Part shown: positions 45,601-56,460 of the stretch, piece by piece
How the letters are laid out: each line of letters starts with the position of its first letter
How positions within the stretch are numbered: the stretch's first letter is position 1
The notes under the pieces: generated by a model
Database searches by the model: none
What the model was told of the DNA's origin: nothing
What the model saw: only the letters and a program-made list of their open reading frames with translations
Translations under genes and position numbers: made by a program
Assembly: GCA_023954415.1 (NCBI GenBank)
Contig: JAMLIB010000002.1
Location: 190,599 to 254,598, forward strand
Direction: 5' to 3'
DNA length: 64,000 bases
From: Trueperaceae bacterium
GTDB lineage: Bacteria > Deinococcota > Deinococci > Deinococcales > Trueperaceae

Positions 45601-46779
45601 CTAGAGGCGCTCGAGCTCGTCTTGCAGCTCGGTCGTCACGCGCGGGCCCGCGTCGGTCAGGTACACGTTGATCTCGCTGCGCACGCCGAAGCCCTGGAAG
45701 TAGGCGCCCGGCTCGACCGTCACCCCGATGCCGGGGCGCAGGGCGCGCGCGTCCGAGGTCTCGAAGTCGTCGAGGTGGACCGCCACGCCGTGCGGACCGT
45801 CCTTACCGAGGCTGTGCCCCGTGCGGTGGGTGAACGCGTCGCCGTAGCCGGCCTTCTCCAGCACTGCGCGAGCCGCCCGGTCGGCCTCGCCGCCGCTCGG
45901 CCACCGGCCCTCGGCGTACGCGGCACGCATGGCGGCGACGGCCGCGTCGCGCGCGCCCTTCACCGCTTCCCACACGCTCATGAGCTCGGAGGTCGGCTCG
46001 CCGTCGACACCCATCCAGGTCACGTCGGCGTAAGGCGCGCTCTTGGCGTCCACCTTCGCCCACAGGTCGATGAGCACGACGTCGCCGGGCGCGAGCGCCG
46101 CGTCCCTCACGCCCTCGATCGGGTGGTAGTGGGGGTCGCCCGCGTGCGCCCCGAAGCTCACGTTAGGGGTGGTCGCGGACACGAGCCCCAGGTCGGCGAA
46201 GCGCCGCATGATGACGGCCTGGACGGCGCACTCCCTGACCTCCTCGCCGCGCCGCGCCCGCTCGGCGAGGTAGGCGAAAGCGGCGTCCTTGGCAGCGGCG
46301 ACCCCGGCGGCCGCCGTGAGGTGCTGCTCCAGCTGCTCTGGTGTCCAGACCTCGAGGACCTGCGCGACGTCGCCGGAGGACACGACCTCGACGCCGAACG
46401 ACCTGATCCACTCGACGGTGCCGGCGTCGACCCGGCCGACGTACGGGTTGTCGCCGGCGGGGCTGTACTCCATGGCGACGCGGGAACGACCCTTCAGCAT
46501 CGCCTCGAGCACGCCCCGCAGGCTCTCGCGGCTCGAGTAGCTGACGACGTTCACGCCGGGCGCCGGGCGCAGCGACTTGACCTCGATGGCGTGGACGGCG
46601 AGCGTCGGGAACCCCTCCCGCGGGACGAGCAGGAAGACGCGGCGGCTCGCAGTGTTGCCCTCCAGCAGCGGGCCGAGCACGGGGGCCGCCACCGGGTTGG
46701 AGCGGCGGAAGTCGTACACCAGCCAAGCGTCGAGGCCCTGCCTGCCCAGTTCGTCCTGCACGGTCGGTAACCAGTCCAT
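45601..46779 (-). CDS. M24-family Xaa-Pro aminopeptidase/dipeptidase
   Basis: 392 aa with metal-ligand regions GDVVLIDLWA, HRTGHSLG, VEPGAY. Confidence 0.88.
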   Translation of the reverse strand: MDWLPTVQDELGRQGLDAWLVYDFRRSNPVAAPVLGPLLEGNTASRRVFLLVPREGFPTLAVHAIEVKSLRPAPGVNVVSYSSRESLRGVLEAMLKGRSRVAMEYSPAGDNPYVGRVDAGTVEWIRSFGVEVVSSGDVAQVLEVWTPEQLEQHLTAAAGVAAAKDAAFAYLAERARRGEEVRECAVQAVIMRRFADLGLVSATTPNVSFGAHAGDPHYHPIEGVRDAALAPGDVVLIDLWAKVDAKSAPYADVTWMGVDGEPTSELMSVWEAVKGARDAAVAAMRAAYAEGRWPSGGEADRAARAVLEKAGYGDAFTHRTGHSLGKDGPHGVAVHLDDFETSDARALRPGIGVTVEPGAYFQGFGVRSEINVYLTDAGPRVTTELQDELERL

Positions 46780-46972
46780 GCGCGAATCATAGCCACCGCG
46801 CCGGCCCGGCCGCTCCGTCCGCGGCGAGCGGCGGATGAAGCGAGCGTAAGAGCGCCGTCACGTGAGGGGCAGTAGAATCGGTCCCATCGCCTCGGGAGAG
46901 CGCTCCCGCGGCCGCGCAGCGCGCCATGGCCGAGGGGCAACGTTACGGCGCCCAAGCACTCCGGAGGTTCAG

Positions 46973-47341
46973 GTGAGGCCCATCGACCGCGACTCGATCC
47001 AAGCCGAGCTGGATGACAGGCTCGGACAAGAGCTCTACTTGCACCTGGAGACGACCACCGGGTCGTACACGAAGCTCGGACCCGAGAAGAAGAACCCCGT
47101 GATCGCCTTCGTACGCAACGCGCGCATCTCGTACGCGCGCGGCACGGTGACCGGCACTGGTCCTTACCGCGTCGGCCTTAAGCTCGGCGAAGGCTGGGTG
47201 TACGCCGACGGGCTCACGGACTACGAGGTCAACGAGCGGGGCGAGCTCCTCCTCGCCGGTCTCGACTGCGAGGGGCAGCTCACGATGGCGTTGCAGCTCT
47301 CGCAGACGCCTTTCAGGGAAGGACAGACCGATGTTGAGTGA
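46973..47341 (+). CDS. yojF: YojF-family (DUF1806) protein, bacillithiol-associated
   Basis: GTG at 46973 with GGAGG upstream. LYLHLETTTGSY...GPYRVGLKLGEGWVYADGLTDYEVNERGELLLAG resembles Bacillus YojF as I recall it. It lies immediately upstream of a BshB2-like gene. Confidence 0.7.
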   Translation: MRPIDRDSIQAELDDRLGQELYLHLETTTGSYTKLGPEKKNPVIAFVRNARISYARGTVTGTGPYRVGLKLGEGWVYADGLTDYEVNERGELLLAGLDCEGQLTMALQLSQTPFREGQTDVE

Positions 47342-48104
47342 AGCGAAGGGCCGGCAGCCGGACGCGGCCCACGGCCGCACCGTGCCGTTCGACGCCGCGG
47401 GCGAGAGCGCCGTGCTGGCCGTCTTCCCGCATCCGGACGACGAGTCGTTCGCGGCCGGCGGCACGCTCGCGCTCTGCAACGAGGCCGGCGTCAGGACCGT
47501 GTACCTGTGCGGAACGTACGGCGACATGGGCAGGCGCATGGGGCGCCCCGCCTTCACGAACCGCGAGGCGCTGCGCGACGTGCGCACGGTCGAGCTGAGC
47601 TCGGCGTGCGCCGTCCTCGGCTGCGAGCTGGGCTTCATGGGCCTGCGCGACAAGTGCATCGAGTTCGAGGACCCGGCGGAAGTGGCGGCCCAGGTGCGGC
47701 GCGTCATCGACGAGATCCGCCCCTCGACGGTCATCACCTACTACCCGGGCCACGGCGTCCACTCTGACCACGACGCGCTGGGCCACGCGACCGTCCTCGC
47801 GGTGCGCGCCTTGCCGGCCGGGCTCAGGCCGCGCGTCCTGGCGGTCGCCGTCGGCGACCCCAACGTCTTGCGCGAGGAGTTGGGCGAGCCGCACGTGCGG
47901 GCCGACATCCGCGGCGTCAAGGACCGCAAGCTCGACGCCCTGCGCGCGCACCGCTCGCAGACGGAGTCGATGTTCGCCCACATGAACGAGGACGCCCGCG
48001 AGGACGGCCAGACGAGCACCTTCTCGGAGCGCCTGACCGTGCGCGAGGAGTTCTACGTGCTGGACGCCGACGCGCCCACCCTGGTGGAGCGGGCGCGGGG
48101 CTGA
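47331..48104 (+). CDS. bshB2: PIG-L/LmbE family deacetylase, BshB2-like (bacillithiol biosynthesis)
   Basis: 257 aa: VLAVFPHPDDESFAAGGTLA, ...YYPGHGVHSDHDALG.... Overlaps yojF by 11 nt. Confidence 0.85.
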   Translation: MLSEAKGRQPDAAHGRTVPFDAAGESAVLAVFPHPDDESFAAGGTLALCNEAGVRTVYLCGTYGDMGRRMGRPAFTNREALRDVRTVELSSACAVLGCELGFMGLRDKCIEFEDPAEVAAQVRRVIDEIRPSTVITYYPGHGVHSDHDALGHATVLAVRALPAGLRPRVLAVAVGDPNVLREELGEPHVRADIRGVKDRKLDALRAHRSQTESMFAHMNEDAREDGQTSTFSERLTVREEFYVLDADAPTLVERARG

Positions 48105-48139
48105 CGGGCCCGGCGGGGCCGGTTAGCGGGTTCCGGCGT

Positions 48140-48991
48140 TCAGAACGGCTCGTTCGGGTAAGGCGTCCCGCCTGCGGCGGCATCGCCGTCACCCCCGGCT
48201 CGTGCGCCGGCCTCGCTCGTGGTGAGGCTGGTCGTTGCCTGCGGCGAGTCCGGCCGTGCCACTGCCCCGGGCCGAGCCGTGCCAACGACCGGCGGCGTGA
48301 CGCTCGTGCCGGCCTGGTCACCGCTCGCCTGCCCGTCCGTCCGGCGTCCGAGGCCGGAGCGCAGCGTGCGCTCGACGTCACCGAGCGCCCCCGTGCGGTA
48401 CAGGAGCACCAGCCCGGCCACGATGAGGAGCAGAGGCACCAGCCAACCGGCTCCGCCTGAGAACGACAGGACTGCTAGCACCGCGAGCGCTACGGCCGGG
48501 TAGATCGCCCAGGCTTGTGCATGCTGGCGCAAGCGAGTCAGTGCGAAGAAGGTGGCCGCCATCCCGAGGAGGAAGAGCGAACCGCCGAAGAAGCCCTGCG
48601 CGGGGCCGAGGGCGGCCTCGAGCGCCACGGAGCCGAGGGCGCCGGCGGGGATGATGGCCCACCAGCGACTGGGGTCGCGGCGCCACGCGAACGCGAACGC
48701 CAGACCGATCGCAGCGAGGAACAGCGGACCACCGGTGCGGCCGGGGAGCAGGCTGACCACCGCCAGGGCGGCCAGCGGCACCGCCAGGATGCGCATGAAG
48801 CTCTTCTCGGTACGCTGCCCCTCCATGTAGGCGAGGTAGGCGAGGACGCCGAACACGCCCGCCCACAGGAACTTGCCCAGCCACCCGAACAGCCCGCTGC
48901 CGCCTATCAGGAACAGCACGCCGACGACGATGAGGGCCAGGCCAGGGATGTAGTTGCCGTTGGGACGGCTGCCGCGGTTGTCGTACGCCAT
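48140..48991 (-). CDS. Polytopic membrane protein with disordered C-terminal tail; paralogue of 51433..52065 (LiaF/LiaI-like TM region?)
   Basis: Start chosen at MAYDNRGSRPNGNYIPGLALIVVGVLFLIGG (48991). Shares the blocks W.AI..AGA.GSVAL, LFL.GM.ATF and .WA..PA.A with the downstream paralogue. Confidence 0.65.
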   Translation of the reverse strand: MAYDNRGSRPNGNYIPGLALIVVGVLFLIGGSGLFGWLGKFLWAGVFGVLAYLAYMEGQRTEKSFMRILAVPLAALAVVSLLPGRTGGPLFLAAIGLAFAFAWRRDPSRWWAIIPAGALGSVALEAALGPAQGFFGGSLFLLGMAATFFALTRLRQHAQAWAIYPAVALAVLAVLSFSGGAGWLVPLLLIVAGLVLLYRTGALGDVERTLRSGLGRRTDGQASGDQAGTSVTPPVVGTARPGAVARPDSPQATTSLTTSEAGARAGGDGDAAAGGTPYPNEPF

Positions 48992-49173
48992 CTTCGCTCC
49001 TCCAGTCCGGACCGCGTGTGACCACCGCGCTCCGATCCCCTCGAATGTAGGCGCGAGAGGGGCGCGGGCGCGTCGGCGGTAGGGCGCGGAAGGGCTAGAC
49101 ACTTGGGAGCCGTGCGGCTCATCCGAAAGGTTGAGGCGGCGCGACCGCGGTCCGGTTAGCCTGGTCACGGAAG

Positions 49174-49842
49174 GTGTGCGACATGCCGAACGCCAACGCC
49201 CAGCCAAGCCCCATCCGCGTCCTGCTCGTCGACGACCACACGGTGGTGCGCCGTGGCCTGCGCCTCGCGTTCGACCTGGAGCCCGATCTGGAGGTCGTCG
49301 GCGAGGCGGCGAACGGCCAGGAGGCCATCGCCCAGGTCGCGGCCCTCGCGCCGGACGTGGTCGTCATGGACCTCCTCATGCCCGTCCTGAACGGCGTCGA
49401 GGCCACGAAGGCCATCAGGCGCGGCCATCCGGACGTCGAGGTCGTCGCCCTCACGAGCGTCCTGGAGGACCGGCTGGTCGTAGAGGTCGTCGAGGCGGGG
49501 GCCGCCGGCTACATGCTCAAGGAGACGCGGCCCGACGAGCTCTTCGAGGCGGTGCGCGCGGCCGCCCTGGGCGAGGTGCGGCTCGACCCGAGAGCGCAGC
49601 AGCGGCTCGTGCGCGAGATGCGCTCCGAGAGCAGCCGCGAGGCGCTCACGGAGCGCGAGCTGGAAGTGCTCAAGCTCCTGGCGGGCGGCGCGAGCAACAA
49701 GGGCATCGCGCAAACGCTCGACATCGCGGAAGCCACGGTCAAGAGCCACGTCTCGAACCTGCTCGGCAAGCTGGACCTGAAGAGCCGCACCCAAGCCGCG
49801 CTCTACGCCTTGCGCGAGGGGCTGATCGTGCGTGACCCCTGA
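49174..49842 (+). CDS. NarL/LuxR-family response regulator
   Basis: 222 aa: IRVLLVDDH, VVVMDLLMPVLNG, LuxR HTH LTERELEVLKLLAGGASNKGIAQTLDIAEATVKSHV. Confidence 0.93.
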   Translation: MCDMPNANAQPSPIRVLLVDDHTVVRRGLRLAFDLEPDLEVVGEAANGQEAIAQVAALAPDVVVMDLLMPVLNGVEATKAIRRGHPDVEVVALTSVLEDRLVVEVVEAGAAGYMLKETRPDELFEAVRAAALGEVRLDPRAQQRLVREMRSESSREALTERELEVLKLLAGGASNKGIAQTLDIAEATVKSHVSNLLGKLDLKSRTQAALYALREGLIVRDP

Positions 49843-51436
49843 CCGAGCCGGCAGCGGGAACGGTGGCGAGGCGCCCCTCTCCGGCGAGTTGCACACCGTC
49901 TGGTACCACAGCATCTCCAACCGCCTGATCCTCCTGCTGCTCGCCGTCGTCGCGGCGTTGGCAACCGCCACCGGCATCCTCCTGTGGCGCGCGCTGGCCA
50001 CCACCGTCGGGCTGCCCGCAGACACCGACCTCGCCGGCGCGGCCGCCGCGGTGGCCGGTCAGGACCAGGCGGCCGTGACGGCCATCCTGCGCAGCACCCT
50101 CGTCAACCTCGCGGTCGTCGTGGCGGTCACGCTGCTAGCGGCCGCCGCCTTCTCGCGGGCACTCCTCGTCGACCCGATCGCCAGGCTCACGCAAGCGAGC
50201 CGCGCCTTGGCCGCCGGCGACCTTAGCGCCAGGGTCGACCTGGCGGACCGCTCCGAGCTCGGCGAGCTGGCGCGGTCGTTCGACGCGATGGCCGAGAGCC
50301 TCGCACGCTCCAAGGAAGACCTCGAGGCGCGCGTGGTCACGCGCACCACGGAGCTGCGCTCGCTCCTCTCGCTGTCGAACACCATCGCCCTCACGACCGA
50401 CCTCCGGCCGCAGATAGACGCGGTGCTCGACCAGCTCGTGACCGGCGGCCGCGTGGCGGCGGCGGAGATCCTGGAGCTCGAGCCGACCGGTAAGCTCGTG
50501 CGCCTCGCGCGGCTCGGGGCCGACCCGGGTGCGCGGGCGGGCGGCGGCGCCGAGGACGCACGGCCGGAGGGTTTCGACGCGACGCTGGCCGGTCTCGCGC
50601 CGCACGCCGTGGTGGACGGGGACGAGCTGGCCCTGCCGCTGCGGGCGCGCGACCGGGTGGTGGGCGTCCTGGTGGCGTCCACCCCGACCGGGGCGGGGTG
50701 GGACGAGGAGCGCCTGCGGTGGGTCGGCGGCCTCGCTGCCCAAGCGGCCGTGGCGCTCGAGAACAACCGCCTGTACGAGCTGGCGCGCGACGAGGCCGCG
50801 GAGGAGGAGCGCCGCCACCTGGCGCGCGAGCTCCACGACTCCGTCAGCCAGGCCATCTACTCCGTGGTGCTCACGGCGCACGCCGCCGAGAAGCGCCTCG
50901 GCACCGACCCAGACGCCGTCGGCAAGGCGCTCGCCGGCGTCATCGAGCTCTCGGAAGCCGCGCTCGCCGAGATGCGCGCCCTGATCTTCGAGCTCAGGCC
51001 CGAGGCGCTGGCCGAGGTCGGGCTGGTCGGCGCGCTGCATAGGCAGCTCGACGGCATGGAGCTCCGGCACGGGCTGCGCGCCGTCCGCCGCCTCGACCAG
51101 GAGCCGGACCTGCCGTTCACGACCAAGCAGGTCCTCCTGCGCGTGGCGCAAGAGGCGCTCCACAACGTCGTGAAACACGCGGCCGCCACGAGCGTGACAG
51201 TGCGCGCGAGCGTGGCGGAGGCCGCGCCGGACGGGCCGCTCCTTCGCCTCGAGGTCGCCGACGACGGCGTCGGGTTCGACACCTCGCTCGCCTACCCCGG
51301 CCACCTTGGGCTCACGTCGATGCATGAGCGCGTCGCCGCCCTGGGAGGGACCCTGCGCATCGAGAGCGCCTCGCAGGCCGGCACGACCGTGACGGTCGAG
51401 CTGCCGCTCTCGCCCCGGGCGGGGTCCGAAGCATGA
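49832..51436 (+). CDS. Sensor histidine kinase (two TMs, HAMP, GAF, HisKA_3, HATPase_c)
   Basis: 534 aa. HAMP ...LTQASRALAAGDLSARV.... GAF-like middle region. H-box HLARELHDSVSQ, N-box HNVVKHA, GHLGLTSMHERV. Confidence 0.9.
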   Translation: MTPDRAGSGNGGEAPLSGELHTVWYHSISNRLILLLLAVVAALATATGILLWRALATTVGLPADTDLAGAAAAVAGQDQAAVTAILRSTLVNLAVVVAVTLLAAAAFSRALLVDPIARLTQASRALAAGDLSARVDLADRSELGELARSFDAMAESLARSKEDLEARVVTRTTELRSLLSLSNTIALTTDLRPQIDAVLDQLVTGGRVAAAEILELEPTGKLVRLARLGADPGARAGGGAEDARPEGFDATLAGLAPHAVVDGDELALPLRARDRVVGVLVASTPTGAGWDEERLRWVGGLAAQAAVALENNRLYELARDEAAEEERRHLARELHDSVSQAIYSVVLTAHAAEKRLGTDPDAVGKALAGVIELSEAALAEMRALIFELRPEALAEVGLVGALHRQLDGMELRHGLRAVRRLDQEPDLPFTTKQVLLRVAQEALHNVVKHAAATSVTVRASVAEAAPDGPLLRLEVADDGVGFDTSLAYPGHLGLTSMHERVAALGGTLRIESASQAGTTVTVELPLSPRAGSEA

Positions 51437-52065
51437 CGCCGGCCAGACAGACGCGCAAGGTCAGCACCGGCACGGTGCTGCTCCTCGCCGGTGCGGCGCT
51501 GCTCCTGAGGCAGCTTGGGAGCCACAACCTCTTCTTCGAGCTGGTGTGGCTCACGGCCATCGTGGCCGCCGCGGTCGCCACGTACCGCTTCCTCGCGGGC
51601 CGCGTGCCGTTCCGTGTGCGCCTCATCGCGCATGCCGCGTTCGGCCTGTTCGCCCTGTTCAGCCTGCATCGCCTGGCGGGCGCGGCGCTGCTAGGCTTCG
51701 TGGCCCTGTTCTTCTGGCTCCTGTTCACGTCGCCGCGGGCGGGGCGCACCCGCCCGGCCACATGGCAGGCGATCGTCGCGGGGGCGGTCGGCTCCGTTGC
51801 GCTCGTGGCGGCGGCGGGCGCCGTCCTCCCCGGCACCGACAACGGCGTGATCCTGTTCCTCGGCATGACCGCCACCTTCACCGCCGTCTACCTGCTCCCA
51901 CGCGAGAAGGGCGGCGCGCGCTGGGCGCTGTGGCCGGCTTTGGCCTGGGCGGCGCTCACGGTGCTCGTCAACGACCCGAGCGGCGCTCTGGCGCGCTGGG
52001 TCTTCCCGCTCGCCTTGATCGGGGTAGGCGTGGCCCTGTTCGGCTACATGCGGGGGAAGCGCTGA
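51433..52065 (+). CDS. Polytopic membrane protein, paralogue of 48140..48991
   Basis: 210 aa, overlapping the kinase stop by 4 nt. See the shared blocks listed for the paralogue. Confidence 0.65.
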   Translation: MTPARQTRKVSTGTVLLLAGAALLLRQLGSHNLFFELVWLTAIVAAAVATYRFLAGRVPFRVRLIAHAAFGLFALFSLHRLAGAALLGFVALFFWLLFTSPRAGRTRPATWQAIVAGAVGSVALVAAAGAVLPGTDNGVILFLGMTATFTAVYLLPREKGGARWALWPALAWAALTVLVNDPSGALARWVFPLALIGVGVALFGYMRGKR

Positions 52066-52208
52066 GGGGTCCCGGGGCTCGCGCTCACGGGCCCCTGGCC
52101 CGCACCACAACGCCCCGGTTGGAACCCGCGCTCTCGCTCCGCCGAGGCGTCGATCCGGTGGCGAGTCGAGGCGCGGCCCGGGTAGATCTCGGCCCCGCCC
52201 CTGCCGCC

Positions 52209-53372
52209 TCAGTACACGAACTCGTCGATGTGGTACAGCGCCACCTTGGAGGCCCCTGAGCGCGCCCGCGCGCCGGTGAGCAGCTCGCGGTACTGGCGCG
52301 CCACCGCCGCCTCGCTCAGGGGCAGGACGCCGCCCTCGGCGGCCCGCGCGGCGTACGCGGAGCCGGGCTGCAGGACGAACGGCGACAGGTAGACGAGGTC
52401 GCCCGCCCCGAGCGGGAGGCGCCCCAACAGGGCGAGGCTGTCCGCGACGTGGGCGTCCGCGAACCGGCCGCCCCCGACACCCGCCATCAGGATCACGGAC
52501 ACACTCAGGCCCGCCGCCTTCAGGGTGGAGACGAACTCGGCGGCCTCCGCCGCGCCGCCCGGCTTGTTCAGCCAGGCCAGGAGCTCGTCGTTGCCCGTCT
52601 CCACCCCGATCGCGACCCGCGCCAGACCCCACTCGCGCAGCTCCCGCCACCGCTCCACGCCCTTCTTCTCACCGGAGAAGACGTCGACGAACGCGTTGAC
52701 GGGCCTGCCTGGGAAGACCTCCGCCGCCACGCCGAAGACGTGGCGCAGCTTGGAGTTGGCGAGGACCAGGGCGTTGCCGTCCGCCAGGAACACGCTGGGG
52801 CGCCCTGCGGCGGCCTCTCCCAGTAGGTCTCTGACGCCGAGCGCGTGCGACCGGAACTCCTCGGGTGGGCGGACCCGGAACGGCCGGTCCTGGTAGAAGG
52901 TGCAGAACGTGCACCGGTTCCAGCTGCAGCCGAAGCTCGCTTGTAGTACTACTGACTGATACTGGTCTGGTGGGAGGATGGAAACAGGCTGGTAGACACG
53001 CAGGAACCGCTCGCGCTCGGCGGCCAGGCTCTCGACCGTCCACCTGGCGGCTCGCTCGAGACGCCCAGACAGCGCTTCCACCGCGCCGCTGGCGACCAGG
53101 CTCTCGGGTCGGGCGGCGGCCTGCCGGGCTACGCTCGCCGCGCGCTCGAACAGGCGCTCCGCCTCGGCGGGTTCGACTCGCCACCGGCGTCGCGCGCCGC
53201 GCACCGTCCGCCGGCCGAACACTTCCGAGGCCAGCGAGCGCTTGTACGTCTCGCCGCCGACGAACCAGTGGACGGGCCGGCCCTCCAGATCGAACCCGAC
53301 CACCTCTTCCCTACTGGGGCTGAGGGTCGTGCTCGCGGGATGGACGGTGGCCAGGAACGCTTCCGAGCTCAC
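52209..53372 (-). CDS. Radical SAM domain protein with CX4CX2C cluster spacing, unknown substrate
   Basis: 387 aa. [10 protein letters not shown] was verified codon by codon on the reverse strand (52902-52928). A downstream glycine-rich segment and ...[14 protein letters not shown]... are typical of the radical SAM core. Confidence 0.85.
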   Translation of the reverse strand: MSSEAFLATVHPASTTLSPSREEVVGFDLEGRPVHWFVGGETYKRSLASEVFGRRTVRGARRRWRVEPAEAERLFERAASVARQAAARPESLVASGAVEALSGRLERAARWTVESLAAERERFLRVYQPVSILPPDQYQSVVLQASFGCSWNRCTFCTFYQDRPFRVRPPEEFRSHALGVRDLLGEAAAGRPSVFLADGNALVLANSKLRHVFGVAAEVFPGRPVNAFVDVFSGEKKGVERWRELREWGLARVAIGVETGNDELLAWLNKPGGAAEAAEFVSTLKAAGLSVSVILMAGVGGGRFADAHVADSLALLGRLPLGAGDLVYLSPFVLQPGSAYAARAAEGGVLPLSEAAVARQYRELLTGARARSGASKVALYHIDEFVY

Positions 53373-53416
53373 GCCGCCACCTTACGACCGCGCCGAACGA
53401 GTACACTACCTGCCGC

Positions 53417-55174
<1,758 letters not shown>

Positions 55175-55269
55175 CGCCGGGCGAACGCTCAAGGTCGCCC
55201 AAGCGGTCGGGCTCGAACGCGGAAGTGCGCCGACCGGGCCGCCCCGAGGCGACGGCCGCCTAAGCGGCT

Positions 55270-56403
55270 CTAGCGCAACGCGATCAGGTAGTACCCGCTC
55301 ATCACGACCAGCATCGCGACGAAGCCGACGACCCCGAGGACGAGCGCCTGCCGCCCCGCCCTCCCCAGCCCTCTGAACTGCACGCCGAGGCCGATCCCGG
55401 CCATCGCCGCGGCCGTGAGCAGCGTGCCGGCGAGGCTCAGGTACCGGACCGTCTCGGGTCCGAGCCAGCCGAGGCTCGTAACGGCGCTCATGGCCAGGAA
55501 ACCGACGACGAAGGCGGGGACGAGCGGGGGTAGCTTCGCTGCGGGAGAGGTGCCCGCCGCCGCTCCTGCGCCGGCCCCCCGTGCGACCCCAAGCGCAGGC
55601 GCCGCGCCGACCTCCGGGCCGCCGGCACCACCGGAGGCACCGGCCACGACCGCCTCCCGCCGCAGCCACCAGCCGAGGAGCATTAGCACGGGCGCCAAGA
55701 GCACGACGCGCGAGAGCTTGACCAGCAGGGCCAGGTCCCCCTCGCCGCCGCCGACCGCCGCCCCCGCGGCCACCACGTGACCGACCTCCTGGAGGGTCGC
55801 CCCCGCGATGGCGGCGAGGAGGCGCGAGGAGACGAGCGCGAGACCGTCCCAGGCGGCGAAGGCCACCACGCCGAGCGTGCCGACGACGCTCACGACCGCG
55901 ACGGAGAGCGACGCGTGCCGCTCCTCCGCCTTGAGCACGGGCAGGGCCGCCGCGATCGCGGACGCGCCACACACGCCCGTGCCGACCGCGAGCGAGCGCC
56001 GCAGGTCCTTCGGCACGCCCCACGCCCGCCCGACGAGTTCGATGGCCGCGAAGGCGACGAGCACGCCGAGCGCGCTGCCGACGAGCACTGTCGGACCGAC
56101 GGCGGCCAACGCGCGCATGTCGAGCCGCACCCCGAGCAACACGATGCCAAGGCGCAAGAGGACCTTGGCGGCGAAGCGCGCGCCGGGGGCCACCCCAGCG
56201 ACACGGCCCCCACGCGCCAGGCGCCAGAGAGCGCCGGCGAGGAGCGCGAGCACGAGCGGGCCGAGGAGTTTGAGGCCGGGGATCCGGGCGAGCTCGTAGG
56301 CGAGGAACGTGAGCAGTACGACGAGGGCGAGGCCGGGCAGGAGCGATCGAAGGCGCCCGGAGGCGGCGGGAGCGGTCACCGCAGAAGCGTATGACCGCAA
56401 CAC
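55270..56403 (-). CDS. yeiH: YeiH/UPF0324 family membrane protein (putative sulfate-exporter family)
   Basis: 377 aa with a GTG start and about 10 TMs. N-terminus LLPGLALVVLLTFLAYELARIPGLKLLGPLVLALLAGA is typical of the family. Divergent from a LysR gene, as in the yeiE-yeiH arrangement. Contains an Ala/Gly-rich insertion. Confidence 0.85.
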   Translation of the reverse strand: MLRSYASAVTAPAASGRLRSLLPGLALVVLLTFLAYELARIPGLKLLGPLVLALLAGALWRLARGGRVAGVAPGARFAAKVLLRLGIVLLGVRLDMRALAAVGPTVLVGSALGVLVAFAAIELVGRAWGVPKDLRRSLAVGTGVCGASAIAAALPVLKAEERHASLSVAVVSVVGTLGVVAFAAWDGLALVSSRLLAAIAGATLQEVGHVVAAGAAVGGGEGDLALLVKLSRVVLLAPVLMLLGWWLRREAVVAGASGGAGGPEVGAAPALGVARGAGAGAAAGTSPAAKLPPLVPAFVVGFLAMSAVTSLGWLGPETVRYLSLAGTLLTAAAMAGIGLGVQFRGLGRAGRQALVLGVVGFVAMLVVMSGYYLIALR

Positions 56404-56432
56404 CTATAAGGCTAGGGGCGTCATGCTTATAG
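56404..56432. promoter_or_regulatory. Inverted repeat CTATAAG-N15-CTTATAG in the 57-bp LysR/yeiH divergent intergenic region
   Basis: Read directly (56404-56410 and 56426-56432). It is the only AT-rich element between the two start codons and is a candidate LysR-type binding site. Confidence 0.35.
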
Positions 56433-56460
56433 AGCCATAGGTCCGAGTTATGGTTGCGGC

